This document shows positions 23,162 through 35,691 of a DNA stretch of 64,000 nucleotides, in pieces. The notes under the pieces were generated by a model. It made no database searches. It was not told the DNA's origin and worked only from the letters and a program-made list of their open reading frames with translations. Positions within the stretch are counted from its first letter, which is position 1. Each line of letters starts with the position of its first letter. The DNA lies in NCBI RefSeq assembly GCF_025526975.1, contig NW_026515673.1:620001-684000 (forward strand). The letters run 5' to 3'. The stretch comes from Fimicolochytrium jonesii (taxonomy: Eukaryota). Both the position numbers and the translations under genes were made by a program.

Positions 23162-25965
23162 TCATGCACGTCCGAGCTCGGTGACTTCCTGCAATTTCTC
23201 CTTCAGAGAGTCGTGAGCGGGCGTGTCTTCAAAGTTTGCCTATTCAAGGGAATACCGGGGGAAAACTCCTTTGAGTGAACGTGTTCAACCCCGAAAATAT
23301 TTCGCGCTTCTCGGAAACATACCTTAGTCCTCCCCACCAAAGTCTTCAACACCATCTTCGCCTGATACGCCCAGTCCTTACACACAACCTCTCCCTCCTC
23401 CTCCACAACCTCCGCCTCCTCCTCGCTCTCCCCTTCAACCAGCGTCACCCCCGCCATCCGCCGTTTTTCAACCAACGGCCCCAGCGCAACATACGCATCC
23501 ACAAGCTCCACGGCTCGTTTCGCGGTGCTCTGGAAAATCTTCTCGTCGTCAACGAGTCGCGGATGGTGCAGGAGGGCGCGGTACGCCTTGAGTCTGAAAT
23601 CAAGGGCCTTGCGGTACGAGCCGGTTGCGGCGAAGAAGATGGCAGCGCATGCAAACAGGCGCGGATTAGCGGCTATCTTTGAGGTGAGGCGGGTGAGCAG
23701 CGTCGCAACTTTTGGGGCGTGTTTCGATGCCGGCTGGCCCTGCGCGTCAAGGAGGGTTGGGGATGTGACGGCCTCGACGAGGATCTCGAGCACCTGCACG
23801 TCCACCGGTGACGGCTGGTTATCGGCCTGTTTCTTATCCCAGGTGTGTTCGAGCACGCGTTCCATGGCGTGCATGGCTTCCTGGAACTCGCCGAGGTCGA
23901 CGGAGGTGAACATGTAGTTTTCCCAGATTTTCGCATTGTCGTATTGCTGTTTCAGGGCCTCTTTGAGGGCGCGCCAGGCCTCGCGTTTCTTTTTCTGGCG
24001 GATGTAGGCGGAGGCGAGGTTGGTCCATGCTTCGCCGTTCTCGTGGTTTAGGGTCGTCACGCGGCTGAAGGCGCGCACGGCTTGGTCGAAATCTTCGATG
24101 CGCATGGCGGCGCAGCCCATGACGAACCAGGAGTTTTCGAAGAGGGAGTTGATGGCGAGGGCCCGGTGGTAGCATTCGATGGATTTTTCGAACTCACCGC
24201 GTTTGTAGTGGTAGGCGCCGAGGGAACGCATGGCACGGGCGAACCGCCCGTCGGAGAGCTGCCATGCCAGTTCGAAGTGGGCGGGATCTTGCGTGATGTC
24301 GCCGAGGATGCAGTGGAGTTTGGGCGACCGGGGATGGACTTTGAGCTGTTCGTGAATCACCGCCTCGGCTTTCTGTGGCTGTTCGAGCAACTGGTAACAG
24401 GAGATCACATCCTCCCACATCTCCAGTCGCTCGAAGATTTCCAGAGCAGAGCGCGTCACGCCGATCGACACGAACCGTTCGCCCAGTTCTCGCTCGAGCT
24501 CCCATTTGGGTGGGAGCTCGATCGAGAAGATGTGCAGCATCCTTTCCGCCGCAGAAGGTTCTTCGAGCTTGATCTGGTCTACGAGAGCTTGCAGCTGCAG
24601 CGCGGCTCGTTCGACCGTTCGCGATTTGTTGCTTTCCAACCGCGACCTGAGCAGCAGGCCCATAGTATGGACCATCCAGTTGTTCGGATTCTCCAGGACA
24701 CGGCGAACGTAGGGCAGCATCTCTTCCGTGGTAAGACCATCCGCAGGATTGAGGTTCTTCACGTTCAAGCAGAACGCGAGTAGGATACATTGATCGATGG
24801 GCTTTAGGGATCCTTTCGCTTGCCGCTGCTCGTCCCCACCCTCCTTGATGTCCGTGAAAGCGATTGTCTCCAACAGTGTGTCATCGTTCAAGTCCAACTG
24901 CCTCGGTTTGGAAGCAGCACCTTCGTCATCTGCTCCCGCCGCTGCTGTCTCTCCTGCACTTTCCGCCATGATCACTAGCTGCGATGTGTCAAACGTTTGG
25001 AACTTCGTGCGCCTCCCTAACGCCCCTGTAAGTGTCCATTTGAAGCCACTGGCCTCTTGTGCGGAGTTGAAGAAGGGGACAGCTTTCGAGTCCTCTCCAT
25101 AATAGTGATGTGCTAATCCAAACTCCAGACTGTGTCGGGCCATCAGATCCCTACATAATGGGCAGACCATAAGTAAGTGACATGCGGAACGGAGCCAAAC
25201 AAATCGACGTGCCACGGACCGTGAATGTTGAGACTTTTTCAATGTCTCTCCCTGCCTCTCCAAGGCTTCATAGATCCCCGTCCTCAACGTGTCCGCCGGT
25301 TCATCCAAGAGCTTCTGCTGGACAAAAAGCACACGTGCCGCCCACCAATCCACACTGTGCAATGCCGAAAGGAGATCTATGTTTGTGACCAAAAGCGCTT
25401 TGGCGAGGACGAGAAAGAGGGGACTTGTAGTCAACGAGTACGCCTCTTCGCCGTCCTCCGCCAACAGACTGAGGGCCCTCTTCGAGATGACATCGCGGTG
25501 GGTTCGGAAGCTTTCAGGCAGCAGTTCGGCGGCGTCGATGGCGAGGGTTGGACCAGTCCAGCCGTGCTGCAAGAACGCATAGAGGCAGGCGACTCCTACG
25601 GCCAGCACCTGGAGTTGCTTTTCTGGGGCGTTATCGGGGGCCAAGAATGCCTCTGTCCGTTGCCGCAAATGCAGTCCAAAATCTAAGGTATAGTAAAACT
25701 CTTTAGTGTCAAATAAGTTTTGGTGGTCTCCACACCTTCCTACCGCACCTGGTGAGTCCGAAATGTCTTGTTCCGCTTTCGAGTCTGTTCCAAAAAGCGA
25801 CACGGCTGTGGCAGACTTCAAAACTTCCACGTAGCTTCCGGTCTTCAAGTGGTCCAGCAGTTCAATAGCAGGAACAGACTCGTTCGCTTGCGTCACCTCC
25901 CCGCATATGAGTGCCCACTCAAGAGCACCGTCCGCGGCCGAGTCAACCCCAGTTTGAGCCGGCAT
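23162..25965 (-). CDS. TTC27: TPR protein TTC27/Emw1-like
   Basis: LTGALGRRTKFQTFD, LNDDTLLE, NNWMVHTMGLLLRSRLE, RTVERAALQLQALVDQ and TPR repeats. The last exon follows an intron at ~23240-23321. Confidence 0.9.
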
Positions 25966-26343
25966 TTGATAGACGTAAAGAAGGTTCACAGAAAGAACTA
26001 CTCGGAACCAAGAGATAACCCGTCGGCGGCTGCAGTTTCTTTACTAGAGATACTTTTGCTTACGGTAATGCCCCGCAGTACGGTTCCCAATTCCAAGTGG
26101 GCAGGCACAATTTCGTCGTTGGAGGTGTTTTGAGCTTTTTGACTTCCATGCTCCATGAGTAATCACGACTGGCGCGTGGAATTAAAGCGCGTGTGTAAAA
26201 ACACGTGATGGGTTTAAAGGCGCTCTCTTCTTTTTCTCCTGTCGCGCGGTTATCATAGGCGAGTTGGAGCACGTCCTATTCTGCCTGTACGATAATCGTC
26301 TCAATTCCTTCACCGTCGAAGCGAGAGGCATCAACGTTCCAAG

Positions 26344-27554
26344 ATGGTAGGAAATCAGTGCATCCATCCATCCATCCATCCAACATAAGGCGCCGGCCAC
26401 CACCGCAGTGCAAGCTGCCTCCGTGTGCTGGGCGTCGGATGGATGGTTTTGTTCGTCGCAAGTGAAGCAGGGGCTCAGAATGTGTCCGGTCGGGAGGATA
26501 CGCATTGCGTGGGAATTTGCGCACACATGTGTCGGCCTTATGACATGTTCTATGTCGCAAGGGTGCATACCGTCCGTGTGTGCTGTTCTCCGTTGTGTGC
26601 ATCTCTTTTGGCGATGCAATTGTGACCCTTGTGGAGCGTTTTGGAGCGATTCGAAGACCTGGTTGCTGATTCCCGTTCCCGTCTCTTTCTGTTTCATTCA
26701 AAAAGGGTATCGACTCCGGAGTTCGTCACCACCAAAAGAAGGGTGCCCGTCAGGCCCCTAAGTCTGAGGTAGGGAACTTGAACATGGCGTGGATTGGTGG
26801 TGACCAGTGTACTAAAGCTCTTCCTTTTACTCGATTCTATAGGATGTGTACTTGCGTATGCTTGTGAAGGTGTGTAGGGGTTGTTTACCAGGGGATGAGG
26901 AGGAGAAGGAGGAGACGTTTTCGCAGGCGGAACACATGCACGGGCGTTGCGGGGCTTGGGGATGCCCATTTCGGGAATTGCCGGACTGAAAACTAAAATT
27001 CTGCCCGCTCGATTTCTAGCTTTACCGCTTCCTTGCTCGCCGTACCGACTCCAGGTTCAACAAGGTCGTCTTGAAGCGTCTCTTTATGTCTCGCGTCAAC
27101 CGTCCCCCCATCTCCGTGTCCCGCCTCGCCCGGTTCATGAAGAACAAGGAGGACAAAATTGCCGTCATTGTTGGAACTGTCACTGACGACATCCGCTTGT
27201 TGACTGTCCCCAAGCTCACCATTGCCGCTCTCCGTGTTACCCGCTCTGCCCGTGCCCGTATCATCAAGGCCGGCGGTGAGATCCTCACCTTCGACCAGCT
27301 TGCTCTCCGTTCTCCCCTCGGAAAGGGCACTGTCCTCCTCCGTGGTCAGCGCAGCACTCGCGAGTCCGTCAAGCACTTCGGTACTCCTGGCAAGCCCCAC
27401 TCCTCTGCCAAGTATGTTTCATTCTTATGCTTCAACCTTCGCACCTGACTCGAACTGACCATACATCTCTTTTTTCAGGCCTTTCGTCCGCTCCAAGGGC
27501 CGCAAGTTCGAGAAAGCCCGTGGAAGGAGAAAGTCCAGGGGTTTCAAGGTTTAA
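26344..27554 (+). CDS. RPL18: 60S ribosomal protein L18 (eL18), 5 coding exons
   Basis: Spliced [40 protein letters not shown]...[12 protein letters not shown]...|[24 protein letters not shown]. Strong codon bias. Confidence 0.97.
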
Positions 27555-29511
27555 GCGCTTTGAAATCACCTATCGCGCTTTTCTCTTTACCAGCCTCTGG
27601 CATTGGGATTGTACCTTGTTTATTGAAATATATATCAGTGTGCATTTCCATTCGAAATCGCTCTCGGCTTTTGTTCCTTCACGCAGATCGTTTATGGTTG
27701 CTCGCGTTTTGGAGGGGGCAAGGGTGGGGTGTGCAAGGGCAGCGGTAGATGGCTGGCGACGGATGGCGGATAACTCGAACTATGGAGGAGTTGGAATCTT
27801 TCTTTCATTGCTCAACTCATGTCCGTCGTCAGATGCAGCTGCGAACCCAACATACCACAAGCACTGACTCTGACCAAATATCCGGTTATGTAAACATAGT
27901 CATTGGAGTGAACCTACAGAGATCCGATTTGCACATCTGTGTTGCCGTTCTTGCTGGACATCCTCGTACAGTACGTAGCAAGCCGATTCGTGGTAACACC
28001 ATTAAGCGTTCAACCCTAACGTCCAAATCATTCACGTCCATATCCAGAAGCCTTTTTTCGCTCAACTCACCAATTATAAAATGGCTGCTGATCCGAAGGA
28101 ACGAAACCATTGGACCCCAAGACCACACCGACGCAGACGGCAGAGTCGTAATAGGTTAGATCAGAATGATCGGGTCTATATCTTGTTCAGCTTCGTTGAC
28201 GGGGATATGCGGTTGCCCCATTTTGATGTGATCGGCGTTGGGTTGGCACTATCCGCATTCACATGAACCAGCGCCAGCTACAAGCGCATGCTGTCCAACT
28301 TCGTCACCGTCTCCTTCACCTGATCTAGCAATGCCAGTTCCCTGGGTATGTCCCTTTCCTTCCTCGTGAACAACGTCTATGAGTTTTACGACGTCTTCGA
28401 AGTGCTGGAGGAAGGGATCCTGGTACGGCAGAAATGTAACTTTCACCACGTTCCCCGTCGTCGGTAGCTTTATCGTATCGTTTCTATGCCACCACCCTAG
28501 TTGGCATGCCCTCGTAGCGTTCCCGGTCTAGTCGCCACTGCTTATTGTATCGTGCCCAATTCAGGGTTTCTAGCCGGATTTTCATAGATGAGAAGTTTCG
28601 GGTGCGGCTGGAGGGTTCCTCCTCACCATGAACGTCATCCCCCCACTGCAAGATCTCGTTATCTCGTTACACGCGCGATGAAGTTCGGCGGCCGGCTGCA
28701 CTCGGGTTCCTCTTCGACGGATGGAGACACATATGCGGGTTCACATTCCCAGCTGCGAGGCCGGGCATCTCGTAGGCTTTCATTGCCCAGACGACGATGA
28801 AGCTGACCTTGAACCAGAAGGACGTCCTCTTCCCGTAAGACCCGTGCGTACGAACGTCTACTCTCTTTGCTGTCGCAGTTCCTTGCTGTCGCAGTTCCTT
28901 CTTGATCTCAGCGGCGCGCATTGGGGAAGTTTCGGAGGGGTGGGTTGTTATGGGGCAAGAAGGGGAAGAGCTGGGTTCATTTGGACCTGTATAGTGGCAG
29001 CCATGGGCCGCCAGGAATGTGGCTGCTGGCTGTTCGATGTCGGCGAAGTTCAAGGCTCAACAACTTGGCGATTGCCGTTGGGGTCTGTTGGGTATGTGCG
29101 AGATGTGCGGGCACAGACGCGAGGTGGACCGTCACAAACAACGGTCATTGTCCCTGACCTCGAGACGATCTTCTCAATGTTGCTCACAATGAAGAGTGAC
29201 CGCAAACACATCGATCCTGTCCAACCGATATGGCGGTGACAGTCACCGCTTGTGGCCGGCGTTGGGATGATGCAAACTATGATCCAATTCCGGTCGGGTG
29301 CTCGTTCTTCGGACAGGTGTCGTCCGGCGTCTGTTGACCTGCTCGTTCCACTGCGGGCAGAGGCCAGATGTGTCGCTGAGAAATTCCGTGATTCACACCT
29401 ACTGGGTGCTTTTTTTAGCTTTTGAACGTCCTTTCTGGGAAAAGGTGCTACTTCTCGATTGCCCGGCCAGCAACTCAATCTTCGAACTCACAGAGGGCTC
29501 GCTCATTTCCA

Positions 29512-31704
29512 ATGCCCCCCATTCTCCACACCTGGCTAACAAAGCTGCGCAAAAAGGAAAAAACATCCCACTCCATATACAAGTCCACCCCCGCTTCGCA
29601 GTCGAGCCCGGCGCTGGTTTCGCCGGGGAGGGAGCGGCGGCTGGATAGCACGTCTTCGGGATCGTTTATCAAAGTAGACGCGTCGCGAGATGAGAATGTC
29701 GGACGGACACAGAATGGGGGAATTGGAGATGCGGCCCTGAAGGTGGATTATAGGCGAAAGAGCAGTGTGGATCTGAGACGGGTTCGCGAAGGGGACATCG
29801 GCCGCAATCAGACAGCGACAACAACAACCTTGAAACCACCTACGAGGCACAGCGTCCGCATATCCCGCAGCTGGGACGCCGGGGACCGACCGCCAAACAC
29901 CGCGAGTTTAGCTCACCACCCAAACACGATGAGCAAGAAACCGTCGTGGTCCAAACGAGTGTCAGGGGTGCTTGCTACGTTGGCAAAGCGGAGTGGTGGG
30001 AACGGGAATGGGAAGAAAGGCAGTGGGCTGCACGGCACGTCGGCGGGACATAAAGAAGCAATCGTCGCGCCTCGCAGCTGCTTCTCGTGGGATGGCGGTG
30101 AGGACCGGTCACTGGTTCATGCGAAGGATAGAGACATGCTGTACTCGACACGCGGTAAATCGGTGGATATGACGGGCAGTTTCTATTACGAGGACGGCGA
30201 GCAAGTGCAAGAGAGTTATGCGGTGGATGATGGAGATGATGGGGATGGCGGGTTGGTGATTATCGACGGGGAGGAGACGACACATTATCCGTCACGAGCG
30301 AGAGCGGAGGCGGATGAGGCGTATACGCATCTGCGCCGGGTGCCCTCGTTACCGTACCGACATCAGTATGCGCAGTCTCAGCATGATGTGTCGTGGCGTC
30401 GAACGGTGCAGCATGCGCAGAGCCCTTATGCTCTCGCGGCGCAGACGCAACACGAAGGCAGGACTTACAATGCACGGCCGCTGAAGCAGCAGCAGCATTA
30501 CGCGACGCTTACGGGGGGCGGTTTTGGGCAGCCGGTCTACCCACAGCACCCACACCATGTCGTTTTACTGAATAGACATTCGATGGATTCGGTCATCTCG
30601 CACCCGAGCGTCGCGGCGTCCGCGGCCGAGCATTACCATCTCGCCCAGCTTGCACAACTTCGGAAAAGAGCGCAGAGTCAGCCTCAGGTGCCGATGTACC
30701 ATACACCGCCGCCGCCCCAGCAGCAACAAAGACCTGTCCACCAGCAGCAGCATCAATCGACCCACCTCCCACCACCACCGATCGTGATCGTCGCCCCAGC
30801 CTCACCAACGATCACATCAATTGCAGACACAACCCTCGATCAAACACGCTCGCAGATCGAAGCGCTGGACCTCTCCCTCGACCTCAGCTCCCTCATGTCG
30901 GGCTCCGACGACGATTTCAGCTACAGTGACCTTGCTAACGCATTCACGGACGACGAGGACGAGATTGACGATAGTGCAACGGAAAACGCGCGGGAGAATG
31001 CGAGGAAGAATGCAAGAGAAACTGCAAGAGATATCGCGCTAAACAAAGATAAAACCAAAGAGGAAGACGACGACGATCTCATCTCCGACGAAGGCAACAC
31101 CTCCTCCTTCTCCGACGACCTGCACCACCTCTCCCAACCCTACGCCCGCCGCAGCTTCAACCACCCGCATCACCCCCTCCAGCAGCAGGTGCATCATCCT
31201 ATTTACTCACAAAAAGCGTACGCGATGTCCATGCCGACGTTTGGAGCCGCGCCGTATGGGACCCAGCCGTACCATTACACGGTGAATGGGCCGATTGGCG
31301 CGGGGAGGTATCGGGGTCATGATATCTCGCAGCGGGATATGTTCCAACAGCAACATATGCAACACCAGAATATGGGGTATGGAAACCGGGATATGACGTA
31401 CGCGCGGTTGCCGTTGCCGCCGATACAGGAGCAGATTGAGGAGACCCCGCAGGGACGGAGACGGTCTTTACAAGCAGCGCCATCTTCGTTGACAACAGTA
31501 GGACCGCGATCGAACGTATCATCTGTAGTTGACTCGGATCCAACGCCCACACCATCGCAAATCGAAGTTCATGTGAGGGAGATGGAGGAACAGAAAGTGG
31601 AAAAGACGGTAATGGAGATGAAAGGAGGGTTTGAGGGGTTTTATAGGGATGTTGTCGAGGGGAGGATGGAGTTTGGCGAGGTGGTGGGCAAGTGGGGGTT
31701 TTGA
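29512..31704 (+). CDS. Hypothetical low-complexity (Q/H/D/P-rich) protein
   Basis: Long uninterrupted ORF (~730 aa) with no recognisable domain. Confidence 0.7.
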   Translation: MPPILHTWLTKLRKKEKTSHSIYKSTPASQSSPALVSPGRERRLDSTSSGSFIKVDASRDENVGRTQNGGIGDAALKVDYRRKSSVDLRRVREGDIGRNQTATTTTLKPPTRHSVRISRSWDAGDRPPNTASLAHHPNTMSKKPSWSKRVSGVLATLAKRSGGNGNGKKGSGLHGTSAGHKEAIVAPRSCFSWDGGEDRSLVHAKDRDMLYSTRGKSVDMTGSFYYEDGEQVQESYAVDDGDDGDGGLVIIDGEETTHYPSRARAEADEAYTHLRRVPSLPYRHQYAQSQHDVSWRRTVQHAQSPYALAAQTQHEGRTYNARPLKQQQHYATLTGGGFGQPVYPQHPHHVVLLNRHSMDSVISHPSVAASAAEHYHLAQLAQLRKRAQSQPQVPMYHTPPPPQQQQRPVHQQQHQSTHLPPPPIVIVAPASPTITSIADTTLDQTRSQIEALDLSLDLSSLMSGSDDDFSYSDLANAFTDDEDEIDDSATENARENARKNARETARDIALNKDKTKEEDDDDLISDEGNTSSFSDDLHHLSQPYARRSFNHPHHPLQQQVHHPIYSQKAYAMSMPTFGAAPYGTQPYHYTVNGPIGAGRYRGHDISQRDMFQQQHMQHQNMGYGNRDMTYARLPLPPIQEQIEETPQGRRRSLQAAPSSLTTVGPRSNVSSVVDSDPTPTPSQIEVHVREMEEQKVEKTVMEMKGGFEGFYRDVVEGRMEFGEVVGKWGF

Positions 31705-32256
31705 AAATGCCTGGGGACGCGTTGGGGCGTTTTTCGGACGCGAACAGCGCAGCGGTACATACTCTGAGGGATTGGCGCCGGGATAGGACTCAAAGTCGAG
31801 TTACGAGTGTGTGTGTTTATGAAGTGTAGTGGTTGCTAGGTTTCGATGTACTTACTGGAAGGGATGGCGGGTTTAATGGCCTTTTTGGGCTTATAGTTCG
31901 TAATGTACAGTACGTATAGCTATAAGGATTTGTTGTATCTAGTAATGAGATGTGTTCTTAGTTCAATTCTGGACTTGAGCAGCATGCATCAGCCAGGACC
32001 TTCGAAGGCGGTCCTTTTGGTATGCTTCGAATGCATCGTAGTGTTCTTAGTGTTCCCTCGAAATGGGTGATTAAATTCACGCCACGTGACCGTCGGATTG
32101 ACAGGGAGGCCGTCAAAAACCGTTTGCTCTCTTTCTCAGTTGCTCTCGTCTCTCTCGTTGCAGGAATCGGTGACCGACGGCTGCCTATATCCCTCGCCTC
32201 AACAATCAAGGACGGAAGCTCTGGCAGGTCTTCGTTTCGGCTCTAGGACACTCTAA

Positions 32257-34698
32257 ATGGACGTCGACGGCCCCCACCTCCTCGAGCTCCTGCTCTCCAA
32301 CTACCTCCTCCTCGACAATCCCACCCACGCTCCGCACCGGGGCCTCTCCCATGTCCTGCAAACCGTCACCTCCCGCCACCTCCTCCACCAGCTGTACCTC
32401 CTCGTCCAAGAAGAGGACCTCAAAACGGGCGCCGGCGCCATTCCGCAGGGCAAAACGAGCCTGACCGCCCGCGCCGCTGCAGCACTGCATAAATGGGGCT
32501 TGCGAATCACATCCCTGCTAGCATCGAAGCAGCCGGCGGCGAAATGGACCGCGGCATGTATGGCGCTGGTATCTGCGGACCAGGCGTACGGCGCGTTTCA
32601 GAAGGATATCAGAGGCTGGTGCAATGGCTTGCTGGTTGCGGTCAAGGACGCTCCGGGTGGGAGTTCCGTGGCTAGCGGCTTTGTGGGCGACTATGTGGGT
32701 GCGTTCAGCCTGCTGCTGGTCAAATCGAAGGCGTTTCCGGCGCTGCAGAGGGACTTGAACCAGCTGTATCTCGCTAAAACTGTTGGGGTTGTGTGTGAGA
32801 AGCTCGCTGGGAGTAACACGGATGGGAGAGCGAGCGCCGAGACCAAGTTGCGGCTGTTCATAGAGCTGACGACGCTTCTGGTGAATTTCCCGAACGCGCT
32901 CAAGGCCTCGTTTGAAAGGATCGAGCTGGCTTGCGTGAGCACGCTGGTGAACATGGACGAGCCGAAGGAAGTCGTGGAAGCCGCGACTGGGTGCTTATTG
33001 ACGATTGCGAAAGTCGGAAAGGAAAAGGGGTCCGCGAGCGTAAGCGAGGCTGTGCCGGTGAATAAGATCATTGCCTCGATCCACGAGGTCCTCGATCTCA
33101 TTTTCTCGTGCATGCCTGAAGCCGACAGGACGGAAGCAGACATCCCGGGATTCGTTGTACCGGCACTCCAGGGAGAGTACGGCGCCATCGTCCCTGCGCT
33201 GCTCTCCCGTTACGATACCTTCGCCACCGCGTTGTTTACTGTCTTGACCCGCACGTCTACCGCATTTGCGGCTACCACAATCACCGCGCTTGTCCGCAGG
33301 ATCTATGCTGTTGCGAGCCGGCTGAATCTCTTGGATTCCACGTCGCTCACAACGAACCCTAACGTTTCCCTCCTGCAACTGTCCATTCCCAGTATATGCA
33401 TCAAAGCGAACGATTTCATGTACGCCGCTATCATCCGGAACGCGTGTGCGGACTACAAGCTTGCGTGGACGATCTGCTCGAAAGCGATTGATCTGTCCCA
33501 TCGCCACACTGCCCTGCGATTATCTGCCTACGCACTCGTGCGTAAATGCGTTGATGTCTACTCCTCTGATTTCGTAAGAGTGGGGGGAGCGGTGCTTGCT
33601 AAGACCGTTGCGAACGACATGAAACTCGTCTCGGCCGTGACGCGACCTGGCGAAACCCAACAGCAGCAACAACAACAGCAACAGTCGGGACAGGGATCAA
33701 AGAAGCGCAAGCTCCACGTAACGTCAGACACACCCACGCGCGACGACTCTCACGCAGTATGGGAGATCAAACTCGCAGCCCTATCAACCCTCGAAACGCT
33801 CATCACATCCTCTCACACCGAGCATACGGAGCTGGATCTGACCCCACTCCTCCACGCCGCCCTGCAATCCCTCCTCCTCTCCTCCTCCACCCCACCCATC
33901 GCCGCAACCGCGATTCAGCCCCACAAATTCAACCACTTTGACTCTCCCGTGCACGCCTACCAACACGCCCTCTTGACCGTCCTCATTGCTGCGGTCGAAT
34001 GTAGAACGGGAAAAAGTGGGGATGTGCTGCCTATCGCTGCCCGCGTGTTTGCGGCTTTGCTGTGGCACCCTGATATGCGTGTCAGGGAGACTTGTAAGAC
34101 GGGGTTGAGGAGAGTTGATGTGGTTGTCCACCCGAGGCTGCCGAGGTTTGAGTATGCCAGGAAGGAGGAGATTGTGGAGGTTGAGGTGTCGGCGATGGAC
34201 GCCCTGGTAGGGAATGGGAATGTGAATGGATCGCATAAGCGTGATGCGAGGCCTGTGGAGGATGGGGAGTTGCATGGGAGTAAGAAACGGAGGATTGCTG
34301 AAGAGGAGGTCATTGTGGTGAGGGAGGCGCTTCCACAGATTGCGACGTCGAAACCTGATTTGGAGGTGAAGACCGCTGCTGCATCGCCCGCTATCACCTT
34401 CCCCGGCCCAAAAGCGACCGCTCCGGAAGTGTCGGCAACCGCCACGCCGTCGAACCACACCACCTCCAGCACTATACCGCCCATTAGCCGGACCTTTCAA
34501 CAGCAACAGCAACAACATCAATCGCAGGACGCGGACGATGAAATGCAAATCGACCTCCCCATACCCACCACCGCATCCCACATCGCCACCCACGTAGATG
34601 CAGACGGCGGAGATGACGATGATGAGGATATCGAGTTGCCGGAGATTGTGGTAGATAGTACGGACGAAGATGACGACGACGAAGACGGGGATGAGTAG
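32257..34698 (+). CDS. RIX1: Pre-rRNA-processing protein Rix1/PELP1-like
   Basis: 813-aa single-exon ORF. N-terminal LHKWGLRITSLL...AKW helical region, VVVHPRLP motif, and an acidic tail ending DDIELPEIVVDSTDEDD. Confidence 0.75.
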   Translation: MDVDGPHLLELLLSNYLLLDNPTHAPHRGLSHVLQTVTSRHLLHQLYLLVQEEDLKTGAGAIPQGKTSLTARAAAALHKWGLRITSLLASKQPAAKWTAACMALVSADQAYGAFQKDIRGWCNGLLVAVKDAPGGSSVASGFVGDYVGAFSLLLVKSKAFPALQRDLNQLYLAKTVGVVCEKLAGSNTDGRASAETKLRLFIELTTLLVNFPNALKASFERIELACVSTLVNMDEPKEVVEAATGCLLTIAKVGKEKGSASVSEAVPVNKIIASIHEVLDLIFSCMPEADRTEADIPGFVVPALQGEYGAIVPALLSRYDTFATALFTVLTRTSTAFAATTITALVRRIYAVASRLNLLDSTSLTTNPNVSLLQLSIPSICIKANDFMYAAIIRNACADYKLAWTICSKAIDLSHRHTALRLSAYALVRKCVDVYSSDFVRVGGAVLAKTVANDMKLVSAVTRPGETQQQQQQQQQSGQGSKKRKLHVTSDTPTRDDSHAVWEIKLAALSTLETLITSSHTEHTELDLTPLLHAALQSLLLSSSTPPIAATAIQPHKFNHFDSPVHAYQHALLTVLIAAVECRTGKSGDVLPIAARVFAALLWHPDMRVRETCKTGLRRVDVVVHPRLPRFEYARKEEIVEVEVSAMDALVGNGNVNGSHKRDARPVEDGELHGSKKRRIAEEEVIVVREALPQIATSKPDLEVKTAAASPAITFPGPKATAPEVSATATPSNHTTSSTIPPISRTFQQQQQQHQSQDADDEMQIDLPIPTTASHIATHVDADGGDDDDEDIELPEIVVDSTDEDDDDEDGDE

Positions 34699-34857
34699 AG
34701 CGGGCTGTCATATGCAACAGGGTTTGCATGTACATAGATAGCATAGCATAGAATTGGCATCACACCTCGTTTTATCATTATTGAATCATGACCTCAACTA
34801 CACGTACGAACTGATGCTCGTGTGTTCCACGCCCACTCACGTTGGTGCAATAGCGCA

Positions 34858-35424
34858 TTAAAGATCTACATACTCCCTCTGCCCCTCCTTAACAAGCAAC
34901 CTCTTCCTCGCAACCGGATAATCAACCACATCATTCGCACTTCTTTCCCCACCAAGGATATACACCAGCTCCTCGGTCCCCGTGTTCCGAAACATGTGTG
35001 CCCGAGCCGCCGCGCGCGGAAAGCCGATGAAATCCCCCGGTGCGATGGGTATCAATTCCTCCTCCACCCCCGTCTTCCCAAACTCCTCTTGTAGTCCCTT
35101 ATCACCATACCCATCAACAACAGCCCTTAACACCATCTCCCCCTCTCCAGAGAGGATATAAAACCATTCCTCGGTATCCTTATGCGCGTGGCATTCGGTG
35201 GAGTCGGCGCCGGGGGGGATGCGGTTCATTTTGATGGCGGTGTGTTGGAGGCCTGTGCGTGTGGAGAGGTCGGCGGTGAGGAATGTGGCGGCGGGGTTGA
35301 GTGGGTGCGTTAATGGCTTGAAGGTGGTGGTTATTTGGGTTGAGGGGTTGTAGGGGTGTGGTATAGTTGAGGAGGAGGAGGTGCCGGCGTGGGGTTGTGA
35401 GTTGGAGGTTGGTGGGGCAGACAT
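34858..35424 (-). CDS. Cupin-domain protein (bacterial COG3837-like)
   Basis: Cupin motif 1 HAHKDTEEWFYILSGEG and motif 2 PGDFIGFP...AHMFRNTG; tail GGER...DVVDYP...KRL. Intronless. Confidence 0.85.
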   Translation of the reverse strand: MSAPPTSNSQPHAGTSSSSTIPHPYNPSTQITTTFKPLTHPLNPAATFLTADLSTRTGLQHTAIKMNRIPPGADSTECHAHKDTEEWFYILSGEGEMVLRAVVDGYGDKGLQEEFGKTGVEEELIPIAPGDFIGFPRAAARAHMFRNTGTEELVYILGGERSANDVVDYPVARKRLLVKEGQREYVDL

Positions 35425-35691
35425 TTTGCGAGTTGTGTAAGGTGGGGTTAATTCGACGGCTCTTGTTGAGTGGATTGGCTTTTATGTGATGCGAGGACGG
35501 GATGCGACGAGGCTCCTGGTTTTTATACAGGGATGGGGCGGAAGACAGAGATGGGTCCGGATTCCACTTCGGAACCTTGGAGGCGGGAGGGGTGACGAGA
35601 GACGCGTATATGACTGACAACAAAATGACAGGCTTGTCCACCGCGCCGCATTCGCATTTGGCCACCTGGCATCCGAGTCTTCCGAGTCGTA

